A DNA stretch of 64,000 nt. Origin: the human T2T-CHM13v2.0 reference genome, Homo sapiens. The position numbers and the translations under genes were made by a program. The notes under the pieces are model-generated. The model ran no database searches and had not been told where the DNA came from. It saw nothing but the letters and a program-made list of their open reading frames with translations. The stretch covers positions 15,680,001-15,744,000 of the forward strand of contig CP086569.2 of NCBI GenBank assembly GCA_009914755.4. The letters run 5' to 3'. Shown in pieces: positions 1 through 13,943 of the stretch; the first letter of the stretch is position 1; every line of letters starts with the position of its first letter.

Positions 1-1790
1 CTCTTCAAGGAGAACTGCAAACCACTGCTCAAGGGAACAAGAGAGGACACAAACAAATGGAAAAACATCCCATGCTCATGGATAGGAAGAATCAATATTG
101 TGGAATTGGCCATACTGCACAAAGTAATTCCTAGATTCAGTCCTCTCCCCGTCAAGCTACCACTGACTTTCTTCACAGAATTAGAAAAAAAAAACTACCT
201 TAAATTTCATAAGGAAACAAAAATGAGCCCATATATACAATCCTAAGCAGAAAAAAAATAGCTGCAGGCATCACCTTACCTGACTTCAAACTATAGTACA
301 AGGCCATAGTAACCAAAACAGCATGGTTCTCATACCAAAACAGATGTATCGATTAGTGGAACAGAACAGAGGCCTCAGAAATAATGCCACACATCTACAA
401 CCATCTGATCTTTGACAAACCTGACAAAAACAAGCAATGGGGAAAGGATTTCCTAATTAATAAATGGTGTTGGGAAAACTGGCAAGCCATATGCGGAAAA
501 CAGAAACTGGACCCCTTCTTTACACCTTTTACAAAAATTAACTCAAGATGGAGTAAAGACTTAAACATGAGACTTAAAACCTCTTTTAAGGACCCACAGC
601 ATTTCTGAGCATCAACACATTCATCATCAACCCAAAACCATGGAGGCAGAAGGAGGGAAAGCATTTGAAAAACTAGAAGAAAATCTAGGCAGTACCATTT
701 AGGACATAGACATGGACAAAGAAAATACTTCATGACTAAAACACCAAAAGCAATGGCAACAGAAGCCAAAATTGACAACTGGGATCTGATTAAACTAAAA
801 AGCTTCTGCACAGCAAAAGGAACTATTACCAGAGTGAACAGGCAACCTACAGAACGGGAGAACAAATTTGCAATCTATCCATTTCACCAAGGGCTAATAT
901 CCAGAATCTAAAAGGAACTTAAACAAATGTACACACACAAAAAATCAAACAACCCATCAAAAATTGGGAGAAGGACATGAACAGACACTTCTCAAAAGAA
1001 GACGTAAGTGCAGCCAACAAGCATATGAAAAAAAGCTAATCATCACTTGTCATTAGAGAAATGCAAACCAAAACCACAATGAGATACCATCTCATGCCAG
1101 TTAGAATGGCAATCATTAAAAAGTCAGGAAACAACAAGTTCTGGAGAGGATGTGGAGAAGTAGGAATGCTTTTACACTGTTTGTGGGAGTGTAAATTAGT
1201 TCATCCATTGTGGAAGACAATGTGGTGATTCCTCAAGGATCTGGAACAAAAAATACCATTTGACCCAGCAATTCCATTACTGGGTATATACCTAAAGGAT
1301 TATAAATCATTCTACCTTAAAGAACATGCACATGTATGTTTATTGTGGCCCTGTTCACAATAGCAAACACTTGAACCAACCCACATGTCCATCAATGATA
1401 GACTACTTAAAGAAATGTGGCACATATACACCAGGGACTACTATGCAGCCATAAAAAAGATGAGTTCATGTCTTTTGCAGGGACATGGATGAAGCTGCAA
1501 ACTATGTTCTCAGCAAACTAACACAGGAGCAGAAACCAAACACTCTTATGTTCTCAGTCATAAGTGGGAGTTGAACAAGGAGAACACATGGACACAGGAA
1601 GGGGAACATCACGCACCCGGGCTTGTCAGGGCTTAGGGGTTAGGGGAGGAATAGCGTCAGGAGAAATACCTATGTAGATGATAGCTTGATGGGTGCAAGA
1701 AACCACCATGGCACGGTATATATACCTCTGTAACAAGCCTGCATATTCTGCACATGTATCCCAGAACTTAAAGTATAAGAAAAAAATATG
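1..1790 (+). mobile_element. L1 (LINE-1) 3' portion: ORF2 C-terminal region plus 3' UTR, truncated by the window edge, L1PA-like
   Basis: ORF 384..608 translates to the L1 ORF2 C-terminal region ([48 protein letters not shown]). Other typical L1 strings follow (gagaggatgtggagaa, tggaagacaatgtggtgattcctcaaggatctggaaca, ccagcaattccattactgggtatatacc). The 3' UTR ends in cccagaacttaaagtataag plus an A-rich stretch. Confidence 0.9.
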
Positions 1791-2039
1791 TAAACAAATT
1801 ATAATAGGAAAATGTCATATTCATATTATGAATATGTACTTCAAATTAGCTGTTGAATAAAATTAATGAAGTCACTTAAAAAATAAAATGCAGGTTATTC
1901 TGGAGGGTATTAAATATTTATCAGTAACTATCATTTGTTAAAAACCAGGTATCCCCAATATGTTACTGGATGTGTGAGAAAGAGTTTCTGGAGACGTATT
2001 TTGGGGAGTCCACTACAACTGATGAATTTCATCTCTTCT

Positions 2040-2135
2040 TTGTCTCTCTGTCTCTGACTCTGACACTCTCTGCCTCTCACTGATTGCTTCTCTCTGTCTT
2101 TACATACACACACACACACACACCATACACAGAAT
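2040..2135. repeat. Compound microsatellite (CT)n/(CTCTGA)n followed by (CA)n
   Basis: ctctgtctctgactctgacactctctgcctctc...acatacacacacacacacacacca is read directly. Confidence 0.85.
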
Positions 2136-2314
2136 ATTTCAGAAATTCTCAACACACACCACCAGTAAGTAATGCCAACAATTAGATTATAAAACTGGCA
2201 GTAATTTTCTTTCAATGCGGCTTTCTATTTCATTATGTCACAAATACCAAAGTAACAGGTGGACAATCAGGATACATTCTGTCATGTTTACATTATGTAA
2301 TAACTAATCTAAAA

Positions 2315-2530
2315 CAAATGCCCAGTGGAGGGTTTCTTAGCTTTCTGTCAGTTTTTCAAATGTTTTCCCTCTTCCTGCCTCCCTGGTCTCAGGTTGGCGA
2401 TGCATGTGCTGGTGCTCAGAGATGCTATGGGTCCTTAGAAGGGGTTTTGAGCTGGGGCATAGATGATTATTTCCAAAGCAGTCTGCCAAACCCTCAGTTC
2501 CTGTAATTCTACACATTTTCAGGCAATCGA
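2315..2530 (-). mobile_element. Short L1 ORF2 fragment in inverted orientation
   Basis: The + strand ORF 2318..2506 (FQMFSLFLPPWSQVGDACAGAQRCYGSLEGVLS) closely parallels the minus-strand ORF of the L1 at 395..865 ([33 protein letters not shown]). It is therefore the reverse complement of the L1 segment seen at about 480-600. Confidence 0.6.
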
Positions 2531-2789
2531 AACACAATGAGAAAGATAGTTTGGGTGGTTCTCGGATTGCAAACTTAGGCAGCCACAGTCTCAACTAGCA
2601 ATACTAATTTTTCTCATCCTTTCCATTTCTACCCAGTGTATAATTTATATAAATTTCCTCTGCAAACCAAAAAAATGAACTATTCCTTATTTTATGATGT
2701 TATGAATGTGTCTGTGTCTTAGACTATAACTGTTGGCATAGAAACCAGCTTATGCTTCTATAACTTTTGTTGTATGATCTTTAAAATTT

Positions 2790-3060
2790 TGACTTGCTGG
2801 TAAATATAAATATAAATATAGAAATAAATATAAATATAAATATATTTGCCTGAGTGTCAAAATTATATATATAAAATGTATGACTGTGTGTATATATACA
2901 CAAATATTTTATGTAGATTATATATATAATGTAATGTAAAACATATATTACATCATATATTACGGATTAGCTATATATAACATATTTGTTTTATATTTAT
3001 ATTTATATATTATGTAATGTATAATATATATTTTATATAATTATATATATATAATTTCAT
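2790..3060. repeat. AT-rich simple repeat (AAATAT / TATATA variants)
   Basis: aaatataaatataaatatagaaataaatataaatataaatata is followed by runs of atatatat and tatatt. Confidence 0.8.
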
Positions 3061-4199
3061 TAGTTGTATCATTTTCTCCAGTTTGATTTCCAGTGGTGCA
3101 GAACATTTTATTCATATTCCTGATACCAGGAAAGGGTGCATATTGACAGTGCAACTCAAGTAAAATATTTAGAAGACACATGGCTATAATTAGTTACTTG
3201 CATTTTTCCTGAAAGCTTTTCATGGTATTGCCTATTTAAGAATATCTTGCTTTGCTTTCTGAGCAAATAAACTACACTAGCAGCATTTCTTGAATCTCTT
3301 TGATCTGTGTGGTGTGTTGGTGTGGTTTTACACAGGATTTTGCCTATTTTTTTTTAAGTGTGGATATTCCTCCTTTTATCTTTTAACAAATATTGAAATA
3401 TTTTAAAATTTTTAATACTAGTCTCATTAGGAATGAGAGTTTCCTATAATTTTCCTGGGGTAATGTTATACAATTCATTTCTTAAAAAAATACTTCTTAA
3501 ATTTTGTTAATGTTCTGATTATTTTTCTGTCATTATTTTGGCACTTTGTATTGTTACATTATGATTCCATATCCTCCTTTGATTCCAGCACTGAGAATTG
3601 GTTTTCATTTCTATGAACTCATTACTGAGGTCCTTGTTTCTTTTGAGATATTAAACTTGACCCTGATTTTTTTTCTTCCCTGTGAGAGTGGAAATTATCA
3701 TTCTTTTCTACTGGTTCAGCAAAAAAGAAATGCTACTTCCTAAAGAATATATTTTTTCTATGATTAAATATGTTTTAGATAAAACAAAAGCTTTTTACAT
3801 CTGTCCATAAAGTGTAGGTTTTGAAATTCTCATTGGTGATAGCTATGTTTATTTTCTTACCTGACACATCAGCTACCACAGTTAAATTCGGTGAACTATT
3901 TCTGTATCACTTACTGATGAAGAAATAAATGGCTGTCTCATGTTGGTAAGTGTATTGCTGTTCCACAATCTGAATATATTTTGCTTAAACCTTGAGGTGT
4001 TACCACATGGTAAGGATTTTAAAATCACACTCAGATCATAATAGTAGTTATCTACTTTCAATGTTGTAAAGTCAGATATACCATTGCAAGTTTAAAAACA
4101 GAGAGTACTTTGTAGTTTAAGTATCTGATTTACCTTGATAAACACTTTCATCAATTTTGAGAGCATATACAAGCTATATTCTGCTCTTAAATTTTCAAG

Positions 4200-4320
4200 G
4201 TTTGGGGGTGTGGGGGAGAGTGGGAAGGGGAAGGAGGAGAGGGTGAGTGTGAGGGGGGAAGAGGGAGGGAGGAAGAGAGGAAGAGAGAGAGAGATAGACA
4301 GAGAGAGACAGAGAGAGAAA
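4200..4320. repeat. Polypurine GA/GGA-rich low-complexity tract
   Basis: ggggtgtgggggagagtgggaaggggaaggaggagagggtgag...gagagagagagatagacagagagagacagagagagaaa is read directly. Confidence 0.85.
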
Positions 4321-4365
4321 TTGCCGTGGTTCATGGAGCCATCTAGCTACAAATGTCAGTTTATG

Positions 4366-4659
4366 AGACCAGACACAATGGCTCATGCCTGTAATCCCAG
4401 CACTTTGGGATGTTGAGGCAGGAGGAATACTTGAGCCCAGGAGTTTGAGATCAGATTGGGCAACATAGTGAGACCCCATCTTTTCAAAAAATAAAAAATA
4501 TAAAAAATTATTCAGGTGTGGTGGTGCCTGCCTGTAGTCCCAACTACTTGAGAGGCTAAGCCTGGAGGATCATTGAGCCCTGGAGTTGGAGGTTGCAGTG
4601 AGCTATGATTGCACCACTGCATTCCAGCCTGGGTGACAGCACAAAACCCTGTCTCTGTA

Positions 4660-4706
<47 letters not shown>
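4366..4706 (+). mobile_element. Alu (AluS-like) with an (AAAT)n-expanded tail at 4659..4706
   Basis: ggctcatgcctgtaatcccagcactttggga ... gcctgggtgacagcacaaaaccctgtctc is followed by taaataaataaataaat repeated 11 times. Confidence 0.9.
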
Positions 4707-5540
4707 CTATGTATGTTCTTTCCAGCTTTTCATAGTCCCCCAAAGCCTTGCAGCCTTCCAAAACTTGATTTTCTTCTAAATTTCTCAGAAAATTGAGGGG
4801 AAAATAGCACTTAGAATTTGACGACAGCTGTCTACATCACCTGGAATCTCTGGCAGAACACCAATTCAGTCTCTTCTTTGAGCTTCACAACGCAGGCATA
4901 TATTACAATTTTATTAGGTTGAGCACATATGGCCTTTACCCTCAGGAGTTCCTCCATAGTTCCTCCATGCTAATCTCCGTAGAGAGAGGCATTTCTCCAC
5001 TTTTATTCAAATTAACAGCCCATAAAAGAAAAGACATCTTAAAGGCTGCAGCCTCTCTGGGACTTGCATGGGGCGTCTCCTATTATTGTGCATAATGCTG
5101 TGCTGAAATACAGGTCAAATACTCTAACATCCTTTTGCTCATTATATGAACATTATGCATATTGCAGTTTGAAACTAGGAAGAGAGAAGAGCAATATTAC
5201 AGGCGAACATGAATGCATCAGAATATGATAACTTTAAATTAGAAGAGAAGGCTCTCAATTTTGAATTCTCAGTGTTTCTCTTCTAATACACACAATGATG
5301 TCTTTCACATGATTTTAATTTTGATTATTATGGATAAATAATAGATGTATATATGTATGCAGTGTTTTCCCACAGGTGTGAAATGTGTAATAATCAAGTC
5401 ACAGTAGTTGCAGCATTTATTACGGCAGGTATTTATTCCTTCTCTGTGTTAAGAGCATTCCAGCTCTACTCTTTAGTTATTTTAAAATACACAACAAATT
5501 ATTTTTATTGAATCACTCTGCTATGCTACCAAATAGTAGA

Positions 5541-5803
5541 TTTTTTTCTTTTTTGAGACAGAGTCTGGCTTTGTCGCCCAGGCTGGAGTGCAGTTTTGTG
5601 ATCTTAGCTCACTGCCACCTCGATCTCCTGGGCTCAAGCAATCCTTCCACCTTAGCCTCCTGAGTAGCTGAGGTGACAGGCCCATGACACCATGCCCAGC
5701 TAATTAGTATCATTTTTAATTTTGTACAGATGAGGTCTCACTGTGTTGCCCAGGCTGGTCTCAAATTCCTGAGCTCAAATGATCCTCCTGCCTTGATCTC
5801 CCA
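5541..5803 (-). mobile_element. Alu in minus orientation, 3'-truncated
   Basis: The poly-T lead and tttttgagacagagtctggctttgtcgcccaggctggagtgcag ... gcccaggctggtctcaaattcctgagctcaaatgatcctcctgccttgatctcccaa are the reverse complement of Alu. Confidence 0.85.
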
Positions 5804-7099
5804 ATATGCTCATATTTCAGATGTGAAACTCTGCCCAGCTGATAGGAATCTTTCATAGAGTTTCCCAATAACTGAGCTTTCAAAGATTTTGGATAGCGAC
5901 TGAGATAGTGCAAAGATCTCTCTAAATAACAAGTCTGACCAGGGACCTTGTGTTACTTATATGAATACACTGAGGTTGCTGTCTGTCTCTTTGTTAATGT
6001 ATAAGCAGAGAATGGTATATTGATGCTTATCAGATTTTCAGTTTAATATTGAAGCATTACAAATTAAAATATAAGGTGTGGGATACATGCAATTTTACTT
6101 TAGGGGTATGCAAAACCTGAGGGCCCCCAAAGCAGAAGAAGGCATTCAGCCCCTACTCTGCATTTCCTCCCTCCTGAGTTGCCAGCCAGCCAGCCAGCCT
6201 GTCTTACAGATTCCAGACTTGCCAGTTCCCAGATTGCGTGAGTCAATTCCTTAAAATAGATCGATCTAATAAATTTATCCTATATTGGTGAACAAATTTA
6301 GCACAGAACTTTGATATATATTAGTACCACTTATTATTTTTAGAAAAGTTGGAATTTGAATAACTTATACCAAAGTTTAATTCGTCATCTGGTGTGTATG
6401 TTATAAATGCACACCCACTCACAGAGACCTATTCATGGCCTCACATAAAAATAGGCAATAGATACAGGAAAAGACAGGCAGCCATAGAAGGTCTTAGATA
6501 AGAAACCCCATCCTTCGCACACTCACTCAAGAACGTTGTTCCCAACTTCTACATCTTTTGTAGTTTATATCCACTGGGCACCCCTAACATCCATCCACAT
6601 TCTTTCATTTATCCCATTTGGAAATAAGCATCTGACCTGCACTTTCTCTGCCTGATGTGGCTGTATGTCTTTGTTTCTCTAGCAACCATCTGCTCGTCTT
6701 CCAAGAGTCCTCACTGATCACATCTCAACTCCTCTTCACCTATCCTTTCTTAAATCCACTCCACTTCACCAAACTCCTCTTGCCAATTATACAATTGGAT
6801 CTTAGGCCCCACAAAAGTGGAGCTACTATTCCTAATGTTCCTAAAAAATGACCATTCTGCATTTTCCCTCCAATCTCCACTGCCTCTATTTTTGGAAAAA
6901 AATTTCATCTTTGAAAAAGCATTTAAGACCAACTTTTTTTCCCACTCTGGTGGGAAAAGAAATATTGCTGAATGCAGAGGACAACTACATGAATTCATAC
7001 TACTTGCTCTGGCAATATTCCCAGATCCTTATCCTGGAGCATTTGTGGTAGTTGGGAGGATGGATTTTCTAGCAGTATATAGACTGAATGTGTATGTCC

Positions 7100-7440
7100 C
7101 CCAAAAATTCATATGTTGAAACCTAGTCCTCAACTGTGTAGGTATTTGGAAGTGGGGCTTTGGGAGGTAATAAGGCCATGAGAGTGGAGCCCCATGAGTG
7201 GAATTCCTACCATTACAAAAGGGTCCCCAGAATTCCTACCATTACAAAAGGCGCCATTGCAAAAGACACCCTCATCCCTTTTACCATGTGAGGACACAGC
7301 GAGAAGGTGCTGTCTATGACCCAGAAAGTGAGTCCTCACCAGCCACTGAATCTGCCTTGATCTTGGACTTCTGGTGTCCAGAACTGTGATCAGTTTTTGT
7401 TTTTTACAAACCATGGGTACAGTCTTTTGTTTTAGCAGCC
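7100..7440 (+). mobile_element. Unclassified ancient interspersed repeat with an internal 26-bp tandem duplication at 7198..7250
   Basis: It matches a widespread roughly 350-bp human repeat family (cccccaaaaattcatatgttgaaac ... ccatgtgaggacacagcgagaaggtgc ... cttgatcttggacttctggtgtccagaactgtga ... ttttgttttagcagcc). The family name is not recalled. Confidence 0.4.
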
Positions 7441-10400
7441 AAAGCAGGTAAGATAGGTGATGCTGGAAAGTAATGGAGATGTCCACAAACACCCTGAATC
7501 ATGTACTGCTTCCCAACCCCCTGTCCTCCTAGCAGAGACAGCAGGAAAAAGAAGGCTTACTTCCTCCAGATTTGATGCTCTTCTACCCACAGTAATGACA
7601 GACAGGTTGCCTTATATTTTTATTGTGTTTGGTTCATCTGATCAATTCACAAATTGCTCAAATGTCAGAAAAATGGGTCAAAGGGCCAGTTTGGATTTCT
7701 GTGGTAGAAAAAGAAAATGCAAAAGACTAGATCCTGGTGTATTCCTAGACTGTAAGAAAGTTCTTATTTTACAAAGCCATAAATAAATATGACATTTCTG
7801 GTGCCTGAGAATTTGAGGCAGGTAGTACTCCCGTGAAGTAAGATAATGTCTTATGTAAAATAATAAATTCATTCAAAACCATGGGAATCATTGTAACTTT
7901 CATTGTCAAGAAAGAAACACATAATTTTGGATGTAGGTGAACACTAATTATTAAAGATGATTGTTCTCAGAACAAGTTTATTCCGATTTGTAGCTACAGC
8001 AATCTAAGAGAAAAGCAATACAGCAACCACAACCAATATGAGGCTTCTTATAATCATGTTGGGGTGGGGATGCTTCTTCTCTGTCCTACATCCTGAGAAT
8101 GACTGAAGGTTTCCTCCTGTCATGCGATCTTCCCTTCATTTGCTATATTCTAGATTTGCTAGTCTAGTGCACTCACTCCAGGAACTCTGTACTTGTACTC
8201 AGCATTTACTGGGTGGTGTATATCTGTCACAGGTTATAAGTTTCATGAAAAGCATGTATCATGCCTCCCTTTTTCCTCATGCACGCATGCAGCAAGCCAA
8301 TTAAGGGCATAAAACACAGCACATAAAGCCCTCCATTGATTGACTTAAATTAATTTATGAACAGTTGCAAGGGTAACTGAGGGCCCACATGGTTTTCATG
8401 TATCATTTAAAAAAATTTTAAATAATGTGATTTGATTTTTTATCTATATTCTTATTCTATAGAAATTAATCTATCATATTTCAATAGTAACATGGTTGAC
8501 ATTGAGGTTTAATATAATATGTTGGAACACACATGATACCTTGATTCTGAATCAACACTGTATGTGCAATTTGATGTCTGATGTATGATTTGGGGCAGTT
8601 TGAAGACCAGACATTTCTTTGTACTGAGCCTCTCCCATTCCCTGTGTGTGAAGGGAACCGTGGGAATAAATCAGTCTTCAATGGATAGGACAGTTGCCTT
8701 TGTCCCTGGAAGGTTTCATCAACTGATCACAGCAGTCTGTTTTTCTGAGTCAAGATGCAACTTCCCCTTGATGTAGGACACTACATATAGTGTAGTGTGC
8801 TATTCCATATCTATTGGAATCATCACACATGATCAGTCAGGTTTAATGTCAAGTCAGGTTTAATGTCAAGGGTGTGATAGATAGAAATGGATGCAGATAG
8901 TCTTGCAAATTTAGTTGAACCCTCTCCCAGCATCTTCTGCTGGCCTCAGTGACTATCTTCTTGAATAGAATGTTCTGGGAGTAATGATTTGGGACTTCCA
9001 AGGATGGATTATAAGGAACTATTAAGCTTCCATTTAGGACATTTGGAGTGCTGATTCTTGTGACATTTCCTTTTGGAACCCATACCTCATGCTGCAAGTG
9101 TTCAAGCCCCATGGAGAAGCTATGCATGGTGCTCCAATCAGTAGCTTTTGCTTCATTTCCAGTTGACAACCAGCAGTGCCACCATGTGAGTGACCCATTA
9201 AGGACATCCCATCTGATTGAGAACTCCTATCCCTTAGCTAACTCAGGAACTCTCAAGAGAGAACTTCTCAGCTAATCCCAGTCAACTCACAGAATTATGG
9301 GAGATCCTCATAAAAGAGTGTTTGAAGCCATACATTATGGGCATGTTTGTTACACAGCAATAGCTAACCATTGTTACACAGCAATAGCTAACCAGAGCAG
9401 GCATTGAAACCAGAAGTGAGGATCTCTTTCAACAGAAACCTAAAGTAAGTGGTGTTGGATTTGAGGCCAAATGGTATATGGAAGCTAGAACCTCCATGGG
9501 GCGAGACAAAGGGCTTAAAGAACAAGGAAAGAAAATTGGAGGCTGGGGCATTGGAACTGATGAAGAGAACTCTTTGAATGACTGACTCACAACAGTGAGC
9601 ACTTTTCTCACTATTGGTGAGAGAAGTAACCTTTTGCATTGTGCAACTGCATGCAAACTGGATTTTGTCTTTTGAAATAGAAAGATGGCATCTCAACACA
9701 TTTGTCATGTGTAGTTCCTAATAAGCTTAATACTTAACATAAAGTTCACAGGCCTGTGTTATTTATAATCTTAGTATAGTATAGTTTACACTGGATGGCA
9801 AAAGGTCACATATACAATGACAATAATAGATTCTTTTAAAATTTATTTTGGTTACACTTAAATGTAAATTGTGAACATCATTTCTATTTTCTATTATACC
9901 CCATGGCTTTTCTATTGTTTGAGTCATACTAAGTCTATTTTTATTGCATAAATTTTGCAACATATATTCTAACAGGAAAAATAAAATTATAAAACATATG
10001 TTTTATATATGTCTTTCCTTTAAACGTGAGATTTTAACTAGGTTTTCTTCTTCTCTGTTACTATGCATATGTCTTTTTATTCTTTGGATCAATATATTCC
10101 CACATCCCCTGGAACATTTTTTGGAAAGTTGGCAGTGCTCCTATAAATTCTTTTTAGTCTCTATCTGCCTGACATATATTTAGGTTCCATATATATTTAT
10201 CATTTTCTACTTAAATATACATATTTCCATTTTTATGCTCATGCTATTCTGCAAATGTCTGATTTTTAAGGATGAGACATGCATTTAAAAAGGACATCTG
10301 TATCTTCTTTCAGAATATTTTTTCCTTAATATGTGTTACTTTCATATTTGAAATTTCATACCCACAAACATACACATACAAACATGTGTGCATAATATAC

Positions 10401-10829
10401 ATCTCACAGAAATATCCACCACTTTGGGAAAATGTCATTTCTGTTGAAAATGTCTTTACAGCCACAAAATATATATTATTTCTTGGCCTAAGCCACAGAT
10501 CCTCTGTCACCACTATCAATTCATCCCCAGGGTCTAATCACTTGAAATTAATATTGTTTCTTTGAAGAATTTCAGAATTAATTTTTTTCCTCAAAATTTC
10601 ATGAACTTGCATGCATTTTTTACCTCAGACCTTGAACACTCTGGACAAATTCCTTTATCCCTGTAAATTTTTTAACTAATTCTAAACAAAATACCTTTGT
10701 TCACTTTTCCCCTAAATTTGCTAACTTTCATGCATTTTGTTTTGTGACTTGAAAATGCTCTGGAAACACTTCTTTATGCCCATGATTCTTTAATTCTAAA
10801 CAAGCTACTTTTATCAATGCTGACAAGGT

Positions 10830-11790
<961 letters not shown>

Positions 11791-12111
11791 CACTACATGT
11801 ATGGACAGTTTTCTTGGGTTTCACCTCAGAAAACACTGCTAAAATTCAAGATAAAATTACTTTGATTACATGGGTTAATAATAGCTCTCTGTGTGTGTCT
11901 TAGTCCCCTCTCTGTTTCCTATGTGTATTACTTGATTTCTAAATAAACTGTAGAAGCTCCAAGTACTTATTTGAATCTCTACATACAATGGTGCCATGTT
12001 ATCTAATTTTTCCTTTAGGATGTGTACAAAGACTGTACAAAATATTTGAATTGTGTAATGGTATCCAGTATGGATAATAAAGGATAAGTAAATTTTTGAG
12101 AAGTCAGTTAA

Positions 12112-12414
12112 GTCCGGGCGCGGTGGCTCACGCCTGTAATCCCAGCAGTTTGGGAGGCCAAGCGAGCGAATCACGAGGTCAGGAGATCGAGACCATTCTG
12201 GCTAACACGGTGAAACCCCGTCTCTACTAAAAATACAAAACATTAGCCGGGCGCTGTGGCGGCTGCCTGTAGTCCCAGCTACTCAGGAGGCTGAAGCAGG
12301 AGAATGGCGTGAACCTGGGAGGCGGAGCTTGTAGTGAGCTGAGATCGCACCGCTGCTCTCCAGCCTGGGCGACAGAGCGAGACTCCGTCTCAAAAAAAAA
12401 AAAAAAAAAAAAAA
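12112..12414 (+). mobile_element. AluY with a pure 24-nt poly-A tail; a short L1 3' fragment follows at about 12420..12545
   Basis: gtccgggcgcggtggctcacgcctgtaatcccagcagtttgggaggccaagcgagcgaatcacgaggtcaggagatcgagacc ... gactccgtctc followed by A24. A short direct repeat aagtca flanks it. Confidence 0.9.
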
Positions 12415-13499
12415 GTCAAAAAATAACAGATGCTGGTGAGGTTGCAAAGAAAAGAGAACACTTACACAATATCGGAGAGAGTGTAAATTAAATCAATCAT
12501 TGTGGAAAGCAGTATAGTGACTCCTCAAAGAGCTAAAAACGGAACCAAAAAGAAAAAAAGAAAAAAAAGAAAAGTCAGTTGAAATGTAATAGATACATAG
12601 ATGTCTAATTTTTCAGTTCTGAACTATGGACATTTTTGCAAAGATACATGCTTTTCACTTCAGGAGGTATTTGTCAAGGTCTGGAAAAAATTTTGGCTGC
12701 CACAGCTAGATTATGGGAGTGAGTACCACTCGCATTTCAAGGCCAGAGGCCAGAGATACTGTTAAGCCACCCACAAGGCATAGGATAGCCCAGCACATTA
12801 AATAATCTTCCATCTACACATGTCAATATTCCTGAGGTTGAGAAACCCAGATCTAGAGTAATATTGATGAGCAGTAAGTATAGGCCGAAGCCTCGTTTTC
12901 CATATGGCTGTGATAGATTTTTTAAAATAGTCATTGGAAGAAATAAACCCTCGGTTCTATGGAAGTCATAAGGAATATTCTGCCTGTGTGCTTGTACAAC
13001 CTTGGCTTGGAGCAGCGGTGGATATAATGCAAGTGGCTTTGCAGAATCACGGGGTTTTCTACAGGTCATTTCATCACCCAGGTATTAAGCTGAGTACTCA
13101 TTAGTTATTTTTCCTGATACTCTCCCTGCTCCCACCTTCCACCCTCAAGGAGGTCTCAGTGTGTGTTACTCTCCTCTATGTGTCGTTGTGTTCTCGTCCT
13201 TTAGCTCCCACTTATAAGTAAAGACATTCAGTATTTGCTCCAGATAGTTGCTGGAGGCTATTATCCTTACAATCTTCTATATTAATTACAATGGGGCATC
13301 TCCTGAATTTCAGAGGAATACTTGTTTCCTGATTCCTGATGTATATACTATCAGCATATACATAAATACATAAATACATGGCTGTGAAATCACATAAAGC
13401 CTTTACTTCCATACTTGACTTCCTGCAGAACCTCCACATTTCTTATGAGCTTCCATTTTTCTTTCTTCTTGGCATTTATCATTACTTAATGAGAGGTTT

Positions 13500-13662
13500 C
13501 CAAAGTTTAGAGTAGTACATTAATTACCATTTCTCCTCTTCCTCCTCCTGCTCCTCCTCCTCTTCCTCCTCCTCTTCCCTTTCCCCTTACTCTCTTTCTC
13601 CCCCACCTTCTCCTCTTTCTTCCTCTTCTTCCTTCATTATTTATTTATTTATTTATTTATTT
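13500..13662. repeat. (CCT/CTT)n pyrimidine microsatellite followed by (ATTT)n
   Basis: cctcttcctcctcctgctcctcctcctcttcctcctcctcttcc ... tatttatttatttatttatttatttc is read directly. Confidence 0.85.
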
Positions 13663-13943
13663 CTGAGACAGCATTTTGCTCTTTCACCCAGGCTAGAATG
13701 CAGTGACACCATCATAGCACAGTGCAGCCTCAACCTCCTAGGCTCAAGCAATCCTCCTGTCTTGGCCCCCCAAAGTGCTGGGAATACAGGCATGTGCCAC
13801 ATGCCAGACTACTTTTTATTTTTATTATCTTTTTTTTAAGAGACAGTCGTGCTCTCTTGACCACGCTGGTTTTGAACTCCTGGGCTCGACCAGTCCTCCT
13901 TCCTTGACCTCCCAAAATGCTGAGATTACAAGCATGAGTCACC
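13662..13943 (-). mobile_element. Alu-derived sequence in minus orientation, two partial Alu segments
   Basis: tctgagacagcattttgctctttcacccaggctagaatgcagtg ... gctgagattacaagcatgagtcaccatgcctggcc is read directly. Confidence 0.75.

Noticed and set aside
395-865. A 156-aa minus-strand ORF inside the L1 element
   Set aside because: It is antisense to L1 ORF2. A conserved L1 antisense ORF0 exists only in the 5' UTR, and this is not it. It is a chance open frame.
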